This document shows, piece by piece, positions 32,040 through 40,675 of a stretch of 64,000 bases of DNA. Numbering within the stretch: position 1 is the stretch's first letter; the number at the start of each line of letters is the position of its first letter. The notes beneath the pieces are model-generated. The model was not told where the DNA came from, did not search any database, and saw nothing but the letters and a program-made list of their open reading frames with translations. Made by a program: the position numbers and the translations under genes. Origin of the DNA: an uncultured Fidelibacterota bacterium (GTDB lineage Bacteria > Fidelibacterota > Marinisomatia > Marinisomatales > TCS55); contig CACHMU010000004.1 of assembly GCA_902581045.1 (NCBI GenBank), positions 860 through 64,859 of the forward strand, read 5' to 3'.

Positions 32040-33470
32040 TTATAAATATTCATCTTTAATTTTTAATAGAAAAGCATATGCTGATTCGTATGTATTATCA
32101 ATCTTTTCATCTAAGATAGCTTCTTCTATTGCAAACTTGATTTTTCCAACAACACGCCCCTCTTGTAATCCACAAACCTTCATTATTTCAGCCCCCCTAA
32201 CTGGTGATTGGAATGCTTTTAAAGCATCTCGCTCAACAACATCTTTCATTTTTAATTCTACTCGTTCAAAATTTCTCATATACTGTTTTATTTTTTTTGG
32301 GTTCTTTGTAGTAATGTCAGCTCGACATAAAGTCAATAAATCATCTAAATCTTCCCCAGCCATAACCATTACTCTGCGAACTGCCGAATCAGTAATTTCT
32401 TTTTTTGCCAATGCAATTGGTCTAAGATGAAGTAAAGTTAATTTTTTCAAATAATTCTTTAGATTATTCGAAAGCTTCATACGTTTAGCTACTTTATTTA
32501 ACATTCGCTCCCCAACTGCATCATGCCCATGAAAAGTATAACCTTTTTGCGGATCAATTCTTCTTGTATTTGGCTTTGCAATATCATGGACCAAAGCCGC
32601 AAAACGCAATTCCATCTTATTAGATAGATTTGCTGCATTATCTACAACTTGCATTGTATGATAAAAAATATCTTTGTGGTGCCATTCTTTAGTTTGATCC
32701 ATACCATACATAATATGTATTTCTGGGAAAATATGCTTCATCAACCCTACTTCTTGAAGAATAATCAAACCAACAGAAGGCTTTGGCGTTGATAATATTT
32801 TTGTGAATTCAGTCGTAATTCTCTCTTGCGAGACTATATTGATACGATCAGCTTGACGTTTCATTGACTTAAAACATTTCTTATCAATTTCTAAACCTAA
32901 GCCTGATGCAAAATAAGCCGCACGCATCATACGAATTGGATCTTCCGAGAATGTATCATCAGGATCTAATGGTGTAATTAATTGTTTTGCTAAAAGATCT
33001 TTGACTCCATTGTGTGGGTCGTGTAATTCGCCAAAGCTATCAGGAGTTAAGCTCATAGCCATGGCATTAATTGTAAAATCCCTCCTTATTAAATCACCAT
33101 TTAGATCAGTATAAATTACTTTTTGGGGTTTGCGAGAATTTATATTATAGGTTTCTTCTCTAGCGGCAGCAACTTCTATCGGAACTGGTTTAAATGGAAT
33201 ATGCGCTGTGGAAAATTTAGGAAAGGAAATTATTTTTTTTACACCCATCTCTTTTGCCAAGGTATTAGCAAATTCAATTCCGTCCCCAACTACCATCAAA
33301 TCAATTTCTTTCAAAGGTCGGTCTAATAATAAATCTCTTACAACACCGCCAACCACATAAACTTCTTTCTCTTTCGAATTTGCGACCTCCCCAATCTTCT
33401 TAAGAATAGAATATATTTCTGGCTGTTTTTCAGCTAAATGGTGAATATTTGCCATTGTATAAATTAACAC
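32040..33470 (-). CDS. tRNA nucleotidyltransferase (CCA-adding)/poly(A) polymerase family protein with HD domain
   Basis: Pol-beta nucleotidyltransferase head (GGVVRDLLLDRPLKEIDLMV, RRDFTINAMA) plus an HD domain (HDIAKP). ATG 33455 is an alternative start. Confidence 0.8.
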   Translation of the reverse strand: MLIYTMANIHHLAEKQPEIYSILKKIGEVANSKEKEVYVVGGVVRDLLLDRPLKEIDLMVVGDGIEFANTLAKEMGVKKIISFPKFSTAHIPFKPVPIEVAAAREETYNINSRKPQKVIYTDLNGDLIRRDFTINAMAMSLTPDSFGELHDPHNGVKDLLAKQLITPLDPDDTFSEDPIRMMRAAYFASGLGLEIDKKCFKSMKRQADRINIVSQERITTEFTKILSTPKPSVGLIILQEVGLMKHIFPEIHIMYGMDQTKEWHHKDIFYHTMQVVDNAANLSNKMELRFAALVHDIAKPNTRRIDPQKGYTFHGHDAVGERMLNKVAKRMKLSNNLKNYLKKLTLLHLRPIALAKKEITDSAVRRVMVMAGEDLDDLLTLCRADITTKNPKKIKQYMRNFERVELKMKDVVERDALKAFQSPVRGAEIMKVCGLQEGRVVGKIKFAIEEAILDEKIDNTYESAYAFLLKIKDEYL

Positions 33471-33587
33471 TATTTAAACAGAACCTGGCCATACCATGAT
33501 ACTAAATTTCATTAAACCAATAAAAAATTTTATCTAAATTATATTTACTATCTTTTTTTGAGGAGATATAAACCTTATTTTCTGCAC

Positions 33588-34415
33588 ATGAGAATCCTAG
33601 TCTCATTCATAATCATATCTACAATTGCTTTAGGACAATTTGGGAAAGTAGAAGTCACTATTGATAATCGTTTATTGCGTAATAATGAACGCCAAAAAGT
33701 TTCTTCTATAGGCTATGAAATTACTCGATTTTTTTCAGGCCAAATCTGGGATGAAGATTCTCAAGATCTCAAAATACCTTTACACATTTCTATCGCCTTT
33801 CAAGGAATAGCTCAAAAAAGTGGAATGGAAACATTTCATGCACAAGTATTGATCTCAGATGGGTCAGATATTCGATATTTTGATAAAGCTCTACAATTTT
33901 ATTATAATCCTGGGAATAGTATTCAATTCGATCCAGTTATTTTTGAACCTTTAGGTAGTTTTTTAGCTTTTTATGCCTACATGATTCTTGCAGGACATTT
34001 AGATACTTATGATTTTTATGGAGGAAATTATACTTATGATAAAGCACGTGAAATTGCTCTAAGGGGGATGGCTTCAGATTATTCCAAAGGATGGAGCAAC
34101 AGAAATCAGTTGCTTAAAGAAGTTACCGGCAACAAAGGTTTGAGAGAGGCTCGATTTGCTTACTACGTTGCTATGGATCTATTTGATCAAGGAAAACCTG
34201 AAGAAGCTTTAAAAGAATTTAAACTTATGTTAGCGGGTCTTGAAATTGTATTTCGTCAATTTCCAACAGGTAGAACTCTATATTTTTTAAATGCTCATCA
34301 TAATAAACTAGCCAATCGACTTGATTTATTGGGACAATCAGATATCCTCTATCGACTATCTGAAATGGATCCATCTCATAAAGGCATATACCTTAAAGGA
34401 TTAAAAAAGAAGTAG
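33588..34415 (+). CDS. DUF4835-like secreted protein
   Basis: ATG 33588 gives the signal peptide MRILVSFIIISTIALGQ. Conserved DUF4835-style blocks are present as I remember them (FYAYMILAGHLDTYDFYGG..., KGWSNRNQL). The track ORF starts at TTG 33558. Confidence 0.55.
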   Translation: MRILVSFIIISTIALGQFGKVEVTIDNRLLRNNERQKVSSIGYEITRFFSGQIWDEDSQDLKIPLHISIAFQGIAQKSGMETFHAQVLISDGSDIRYFDKALQFYYNPGNSIQFDPVIFEPLGSFLAFYAYMILAGHLDTYDFYGGNYTYDKAREIALRGMASDYSKGWSNRNQLLKEVTGNKGLREARFAYYVAMDLFDQGKPEEALKEFKLMLAGLEIVFRQFPTGRTLYFLNAHHNKLANRLDLLGQSDILYRLSEMDPSHKGIYLKGLKKK

Positions 34416-34417
34416 TT

Positions 34418-34870
34418 ATGGCGATTCAAAATAAAAAAGAAGAAATCATATTTTATTCTATCCAAGGGGAAAGCTTAAAAAAACTTCATATATATGAAGG
34501 TGGGGTGTCAGCAGGATTCCCATCACCAGCGGATGACTATCTTGATGTAGATTTAAATCTTCATAAATATCTTGTAAAACATCCCGCAGCAACTTTTTTT
34601 ATTATTGCAAAAGGTCATTCAATGGAAAAAGCTGGTATCAGTGATAATGATCTATTAGTAATTGATAAATCACTAGAGCCAAAAAATAATGATATTGTCG
34701 TTGCAGCTGTAAACGGTGAATTTACAGTTAAACGCTATCTTGTTCATGATGGACAAGTTTGCCTTAGAGCTGAAGGTGAATTTGGTGATTACCCTGATAT
34801 TGAAATTACAAAATCCATAGAATTTGAAGTTTGGGGTGTTGTAACACATACTATTCATAACCATCGATGA
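34418..34870 (+). CDS. umuD: Translesion-synthesis protein UmuD (S24 LexA-like self-cleaving peptidase)
   Basis: AGFPSPADDY aligns with E. coli UmuD CGFPSPAADY (cleavage site). The Ser/Lys dyad is in GHSM ... FTVKR. The gene overlaps umuC by 4 nt (ATGA). Confidence 0.85.
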   Translation: MAIQNKKEEIIFYSIQGESLKKLHIYEGGVSAGFPSPADDYLDVDLNLHKYLVKHPAATFFIIAKGHSMEKAGISDNDLLVIDKSLEPKNNDIVVAAVNGEFTVKRYLVHDGQVCLRAEGEFGDYPDIEITKSIEFEVWGVVTHTIHNHR

Positions 34871-36123
34871 TTGCATTAGCTGATTGTAATAATTTCTACG
34901 CTTCTTGTGAAAGAGTCTTTAATCCAGGTTTAAATAATAAACCTATTGTTGTCCTTTCAAATAATGATGGATGTATTATTGCTCGTAGTAACGAAGCAAA
35001 GGACCTTGGGATTAAAATGGGGGAGCCTGTATTCAAAGTGAAACATATTATTAAAGAAAATAATGTATATGTTTTTTCTACTAATTTTGCTCTATATGGT
35101 GATATGTCAAGTCGAGTTATGTCACTACTTGACAGTATGTCTCCAGAAATTGAAATCTATAGTATTGATGAAGCCTTTATGAACTTCAATGGTATTAAAA
35201 ATCAACTGAGAGTTGCTAATCATATAAGAAGGACTATTAAAAAATCTACTGGTATCCCAATTTCAATTGGGATTGCTAAAACAAAAACACTTTCAAAAGT
35301 CGCTAATTATATTGCAAAAAAACAAATGAAGAGAGGGCTTTGTTTGTTAACAGGTCACAATAACATTTTAAAGGCATTAAAATGTTTACCTGTTTCAAAA
35401 ATATGGGGTATTGGCTCTAGATACTCACGAATATTAAATGGCTATAATATTAAAACAGCTTATGATTTTATTCAACTCAACGAAGAATGGGTATTAAAAA
35501 AAATGACTATCATGGGGTTAAGAATACAAAAAGAGCTTAAAGAAATACCATGTTTTTCAATTGATACTAACCCCTCACCTAAAAAAAACATATGTACATC
35601 TAGATCCTTTGATGGTACAGTCGGAAGTATTCAATTAATGCAAGAGGCAATTACCACTCACGCCGTAAGATGCGCAGAGAAACTTCGATCAGAACAAAGC
35701 TGTGCTAGATATGTAAGCGTTATCCTTAAAACTAATCCATTTGATACATTAGGTGAATACTATAATGGATATAAATCTATTGCCTTAAGTATACCTACTA
35801 ATGATACTATTGAGATTGTTCATAAGGCCAATATTCTTTTAAAATCTATGTATAAAAAAGGACTCACTTATAAAAAAGCAGGCGTAATTGTTGGAGATAT
35901 AATTTCAGAAAATCAAGTCCAACTTGATTTATTTGATACTGATGAAGATCATATTAAAAGAAAAAATCTATATGGTACTTTAGATAGATTGAATCAAAAA
36001 TTGGGAAGAGATAAAATCCAAATTTTAGGACAAGGCACAAACAAAAGATGGGGCATAAAACAAGAAAGAGTTACACCATGCTACACGACACAATGGGATC
36101 AACTCCTTAAAGTGCATTGTTAA
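34867..36123 (+). CDS. umuC: Y-family DNA polymerase V catalytic subunit UmuC
   Basis: The N-terminus MIALADCNNFYASCERVF...VVLSNNDGCIIARSNEAKDLGIKMGEP is nearly colinear with E. coli UmuC. Confidence 0.9.
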   Translation: MIALADCNNFYASCERVFNPGLNNKPIVVLSNNDGCIIARSNEAKDLGIKMGEPVFKVKHIIKENNVYVFSTNFALYGDMSSRVMSLLDSMSPEIEIYSIDEAFMNFNGIKNQLRVANHIRRTIKKSTGIPISIGIAKTKTLSKVANYIAKKQMKRGLCLLTGHNNILKALKCLPVSKIWGIGSRYSRILNGYNIKTAYDFIQLNEEWVLKKMTIMGLRIQKELKEIPCFSIDTNPSPKKNICTSRSFDGTVGSIQLMQEAITTHAVRCAEKLRSEQSCARYVSVILKTNPFDTLGEYYNGYKSIALSIPTNDTIEIVHKANILLKSMYKKGLTYKKAGVIVGDIISENQVQLDLFDTDEDHIKRKNLYGTLDRLNQKLGRDKIQILGQGTNKRWGIKQERVTPCYTTQWDQLLKVHC

Positions 36124-36137
36124 ATTATAATTACTGA

Positions 36138-37175
36138 TTATTCATTAACAATATCTGCAGATATTTTTTTTCTCCGTATATAATAATCAAATACTATACT
36201 TCCCCAATATAACGATTGCAAAACTTGCTTATCATTTACTGATCGAATTTTCTTTACAATTCGACGACGCTTCCATATAATATGAGGATGGGTAAAAACC
36301 CAAAACAATGATTGTATAATGCCTAAAAAGTGATTCATGTCTAAGCAAAATAATGAATAAACCATTGCAACAAACTCTAATGCTATACGAATTGGCATGA
36401 TATATAATGTAAGAGGAAGACTATAATTAGATAAAATCATTAGAAGCGAATTCCGATGATTAAGATATTGTTTTTGACGGGAAAACATTGGAAGAGTAAC
36501 AGCATTTTTATGATAAACAAGTCCACTTGGCACAGCCCATGTTTCTTTTCCCATAAGTTTAAACTTCCAACATAAATCAATTTCTTCTTGATGTGCAAAA
36601 AATGTTTCATCAAAACCATATGCTAGCTGAAAATCAGATTTACGTACTATAAAAGCAGTGCCGCTAGCCCAAAAAATGGGGCGTATAGTATTATATTGAC
36701 CTGTATCTTTTTCTTGTTCTAAAAAAATTCTCCCTCTAGCAAACGGATATCCAAGGATATCTAGCCATCCACCAGATCCTCCAGCATAATCAAATTTTTC
36801 TTGATCAAAAAAATTTAAAATTTTTGGTTGTGCGGCAGCCACTTTAGGATTGAGATTTAAAAAATCTACTAAGGGATCAAGCCAGCCTTTATCTTGAATT
36901 GTATCATTATTTAAAAAAACTAAATAATCCCCCCTTGCGACTTTAGCTCCCCTATTACAACCGCCAGCATATCCATAATTTTTATTATTATTTACGACTA
37001 TTACTTCAGGAAAATTAATTGCTATCCAATCAGAGCTTCCATCTGTAGACGCATTATCCACTACAATAATTTCTATATTTGAATATTGAGTCTGAACGAG
37101 TGATTCTAAACATTCAGATAAAACCTCTATACCATTCCAATGAGGGATAATAATTGAGACTTTTAAATTAGACAA
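36138..37175 (-). CDS. Family 2 glycosyltransferase with C-terminal TM segments
   Basis: GT-A fold motifs (VSIIIPHWNG, VVDNASTDGS, NYGYAGGCN, FLNNDT) and a hydrophobic C-terminal third. Confidence 0.85.
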   Translation of the reverse strand: MSNLKVSIIIPHWNGIEVLSECLESLVQTQYSNIEIIVVDNASTDGSSDWIAINFPEVIVVNNNKNYGYAGGCNRGAKVARGDYLVFLNNDTIQDKGWLDPLVDFLNLNPKVAAAQPKILNFFDQEKFDYAGGSGGWLDILGYPFARGRIFLEQEKDTGQYNTIRPIFWASGTAFIVRKSDFQLAYGFDETFFAHQEEIDLCWKFKLMGKETWAVPSGLVYHKNAVTLPMFSRQKQYLNHRNSLLMILSNYSLPLTLYIMPIRIALEFVAMVYSLFCLDMNHFLGIIQSLFWVFTHPHIIWKRRRIVKKIRSVNDKQVLQSLYWGSIVFDYYIRRKKISADIVNE

Positions 37176-37219
37176 AATATTTCCTAAGAAGAGTCAGGCC
37201 AACCTATTTATTAAATCGA

Positions 37220-40162
37220 CTATCCTGATCCCTTTTTCAGATCTTCAAGTAATTTTTTTGCGACAGGATCATCTGGGTTTTTACTTAGCCAATCGGTTAA
37301 AATAGATTCAGCTTCAGATTCCATATCTAACTGTCTATAAGTAAATATAAGCGAAGAGACTATCTGTGTAAAATAATTCTGCCATTCTTTCATTTCGCCT
37401 TGTGATGTTAATCGCTGTCCACTTTCCACTGATTTAAAATCAGCATATAGATCTTCAAAAATTTCTTTTCCAATATCTAATAGATCTAATTGCGTAATAT
37501 AAACTTGACCATAGTCAACTTTATCTTTTATTGAAAGATCATCCCTGGTAATAAGCACATCCATAATCCTTCGAAGTTCATCTTTATCTCCAAGCTCCCC
37601 AAATAATCGGGCAACTTGATAATGAAGTTCTTTTGCATCAAAACGTATTGTTTTTTCAGGAATGTTATCCTGCATTTTTATCAAAACCTCTAGTCCTTTT
37701 TTACGATGATCCTCTGATTTTTGTTCATTGGTTTTTTGATAATCTTTAAATCCCATATAATGATAAGCTGCTAATTGCATATATGCACTTCTTAGATTCT
37801 GCAGAAGCCTAATATTGGTTGAAGGGAAATAGTAGACATCTTTACGACCTAGATTTCGAAAAAGATAACCTGGCTTAAATTCTTTAGACCAAATTTCATC
37901 TTCTAATGTTTTCCATTCTTTAGCTTCAATGTCCTTCTCCCAAACTTCTGATCCAAAGCCTGACATTAAATTGCTCCACATACGAGGTTCATTAATAGGA
38001 TTTCGACGATCAGCACTATATGGTCTTAAGCGATAAACTAATCCTTCCATTTCTATATAATTTTCTAAGCCAAGTCGATTAGATGCGGGTACTGTAACTG
38101 CAAAATAAATGGGATATTTCCATTGAGCATCTGAAATGATTTTTAGAATCATCATATCTTTAACCATTAATGCTGCTCCTGCATATGTTGGATTAACTTT
38201 CCATTCAATAAAACCTTTATTGTTTTTATCAGATTTTGGCGCAGGAACTCTTACATTCCTTGATTCCCAAGGCTGCAGACCAGATGCAATCTCCATTACT
38301 TGAGAATTGCTCATATCTATAAATCTTTCCAATTCTCGACCCTTTTCATCAGACTGCTTCCTTCGCGAATCTCTAATCTGACGTATATACCATTCGGTAT
38401 TTAGTAAACTTAGATTCGCAATTGTTACATCTTTTCTTATACCTTCTACTTCTTGTAAATACCATAGGGGAAATGTATCATTGTCACCATTAGTAAATAG
38501 AATAGCATTAGGCTCACATGATTGCAATATATTATAACTATAATCCCATGCAAGACGATTATCAGATCTGTCATGCTCATGGTAATTCGCTTTTAACATC
38601 ATACCAGGCATAGCAAATAGTAGAACAGATAAAGATGCGATTAATGTTTGTTTTGCCACAGGTTTGTCATGAAAAAATTTTCGTATCTGATCCCCAATTG
38701 CAGCAATAGCAATGCTAATCCAAAGCGAAAAAGCAAAAAAACTACCTACATACGAATAATCTCTTTCTCTTGGCTGAGGATTATCTTGATTAACAAATAT
38801 TATAATTGCTAATCCGGTCATAAGAAATAAACTAAATACAGAGAATGCATCTTCTTTATTTTTTTGAAAATGATAAAACATTCCCCAAAGACCTAATAAA
38901 AATGCTAGTGGTAAACCAAACTGAAACCAATTCACCCCATCCTGATTAGTATTCGCTCCATATGGTGTAACATAAGGATCTGTACTTGGTCCTCTACCTG
39001 CAAACTGCCATAAAAAATAGCGCCAATACATTTTTTTGATTTGATAACTCCAAAAATAACTCCACTGTTTATCTAAACGATAGGTTTTATACTTACGTTC
39101 TTGAGTTGATGAATAGTCTCGTCCATTTGTAGGACGGCCAACAACTTCATGCTTTGGGGGTAAGCCATCATATCTTCTTGGGAATTGAAACATTTGCCCA
39201 TATTGTTCCCGCTCCATATAAGCAATGGCTCTAGTAACATTTGAAGGATCATTCTCGTTAATAGCAGGCTTCTGTCCAGAACGAATAAAAATAGTAGCAT
39301 AACTGGAATAACCAATCAAAATTAAAACGATTGATAAAAGAGGAAGGGTAAATTGAAATTTTTTAGTAAGAATTGTGTAAACCATTACCCCAAAAATAAA
39401 CAGACATAATGTAATAACTAAACTCAGCCCAATTGCACTTACTAACTTTGGCATCCCATTTATAATACCTGCATTAATGATTAAATAAACAATACCCGTA
39501 ATTACTGTAGTTATAAAAAAGCCTTTGTATGAAAAATCAAATTTTCTGAAATAGATTATTAAGGCAACGAATGGGAGTGCTAATAAATTTAATAAGTGCA
39601 CACCTGTAGCAAGACCAATCATATACGCAATTATAAGAATATATCTCTCATTGCCTTCTTCATCTGCTCTTTCCATCCAATGAAGTATAAGCCATACTAC
39701 GATAGCTGTAAAAAATGTAGAGAAGCCATACACCTCAGCTTCTACTGCATTAAACCAATGAGAATCAGTAAAAGCAAAAGTAAGTGCGCCTATAAATGAT
39801 GCTCCAAAAGTAATAATTGAATCCATCTGAGTTCGAATCTTACCACGGTAATTTGAAATAAGCTTTACTGATGACAAATATAAATACATTACGGCAAGAG
39901 CACTAACCACTGGTGAAATCAAATTAACACGAAATGCAATGTCTGGATTAAAGGGAATCATTGAAAAAACACGACCAATTATTAAATATAAAGGACTGCC
40001 AGGAGGATGAGGAACTCCTAGGATATATGATGTAGCAATGAATTCACCAGAATCCCAATAAGGAACTGTATCAGCCATAGTCAATAAATAAACTAGGAAT
40101 GAAATAAAAAGTGATAAACCAGCGAAAATGCGATTTAATCTTATATAATCAGGATGAATCAA
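37220..40162 (-). CDS. DUF2723 (TMEM260-like, GT-C-fold-like) polytopic membrane protein with large C-terminal soluble domain
   Basis: N-terminal signature PYWDSGEFIATSYILGVPHPPGSPLY, about 11 or more TM helices, then an ~400-aa soluble region with TPR-like helices. Confidence 0.7.
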   Translation of the reverse strand: MIHPDYIRLNRIFAGLSLFISFLVYLLTMADTVPYWDSGEFIATSYILGVPHPPGSPLYLIIGRVFSMIPFNPDIAFRVNLISPVVSALAVMYLYLSSVKLISNYRGKIRTQMDSIITFGASFIGALTFAFTDSHWFNAVEAEVYGFSTFFTAIVVWLILHWMERADEEGNERYILIIAYMIGLATGVHLLNLLALPFVALIIYFRKFDFSYKGFFITTVITGIVYLIINAGIINGMPKLVSAIGLSLVITLCLFIFGVMVYTILTKKFQFTLPLLSIVLILIGYSSYATIFIRSGQKPAINENDPSNVTRAIAYMEREQYGQMFQFPRRYDGLPPKHEVVGRPTNGRDYSSTQERKYKTYRLDKQWSYFWSYQIKKMYWRYFLWQFAGRGPSTDPYVTPYGANTNQDGVNWFQFGLPLAFLLGLWGMFYHFQKNKEDAFSVFSLFLMTGLAIIIFVNQDNPQPRERDYSYVGSFFAFSLWISIAIAAIGDQIRKFFHDKPVAKQTLIASLSVLLFAMPGMMLKANYHEHDRSDNRLAWDYSYNILQSCEPNAILFTNGDNDTFPLWYLQEVEGIRKDVTIANLSLLNTEWYIRQIRDSRRKQSDEKGRELERFIDMSNSQVMEIASGLQPWESRNVRVPAPKSDKNNKGFIEWKVNPTYAGAALMVKDMMILKIISDAQWKYPIYFAVTVPASNRLGLENYIEMEGLVYRLRPYSADRRNPINEPRMWSNLMSGFGSEVWEKDIEAKEWKTLEDEIWSKEFKPGYLFRNLGRKDVYYFPSTNIRLLQNLRSAYMQLAAYHYMGFKDYQKTNEQKSEDHRKKGLEVLIKMQDNIPEKTIRFDAKELHYQVARLFGELGDKDELRRIMDVLITRDDLSIKDKVDYGQVYITQLDLLDIGKEIFEDLYADFKSVESGQRLTSQGEMKEWQNYFTQIVSSLIFTYRQLDMESEAESILTDWLSKNPDDPVAKKLLEDLKKGSG

Positions 40163-40169
40163 TTTTGAA

Positions 40170-40571
40170 CTATTTTGTTTTTTTGTTAGTCGTTTTGGGC
40201 TTCTTCTTTGTTACTTTTTTCGCCTTTTCTTTAGGCTTTACATCTTTATCTGCTTCAACGCTCCCATCTGCATTTTTTTCTTCTGACTTATTATCTTGAT
40301 CACCTTTTTTTTGTTCATCAATAAAATTAAGCTTTAATTCACTAAGGCTATGGATAATATATTGTTCTTCCCATTCACTAAGATTGCCTTTCATCTTAGT
40401 TTGTAACATATCTAATAGATCTATATAATATGTTGCCTGCTCAAGATTTCGTTCTAATTCTTCAGATACAGGACTCTTTACTTTTCCTAAAGATATCCAT
40501 GCGCTTTGAACAAATGTATTGACTAAATGGATAAATAATTGGTCTTCTTTTTTCATTTGATCTTCAGACAT
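40170..40571 (-). CDS. DUF1844-like small protein with Lys-rich tail
   Basis: The core FVQSAWISLGKVKSP...ATYYIDLLDMLQTKMKGNLS resembles DUF1844. The C-terminal K/E-rich low-complexity tail is encoded by 40170-40300. Confidence 0.55.
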   Translation of the reverse strand: MSEDQMKKEDQLFIHLVNTFVQSAWISLGKVKSPVSEELERNLEQATYYIDLLDMLQTKMKGNLSEWEEQYIIHSLSELKLNFIDEQKKGDQDNKSEEKNADGSVEADKDVKPKEKAKKVTKKKPKTTNKKTK

Positions 40572-40675
40572 AATTCTCCTCTTAGGTAACTTTAATTGAT
40601 TTTAATGAATAATGTTTCAAAAATAGCTGATAAAAATACACCCGATTTATGAATAATTTTAATAATGTAATGCAA

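Noticed and set aside
33471-34420. LexA/SOS operator upstream of the DUF4835-umuDC unit or just before umuD
   Set aside because: No CTGT-N8-ACAG or GAAC-N4-GTTC palindrome is present. The sequence GAACCTGGCCAT near 33491 lacks the second half-site.
39831-39839. GTTCGAATC, resembling a tRNA T-arm/T-loop
   Set aside because: It lies inside the DUF2723 coding sequence. No acceptor, D-arm or anticodon-arm complementarity surrounds it. No tRNA-like structure was seen in any intergenic gap.
40111-40299. 62-aa plus-strand ORF overlapping the DUF2723 start and the DUF1844 Lys-rich tail
   Set aside because: It is the antisense of a poly-Lys/Glu low-complexity coding region, giving a Phe/Leu-rich artefact. 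It has no independent support.
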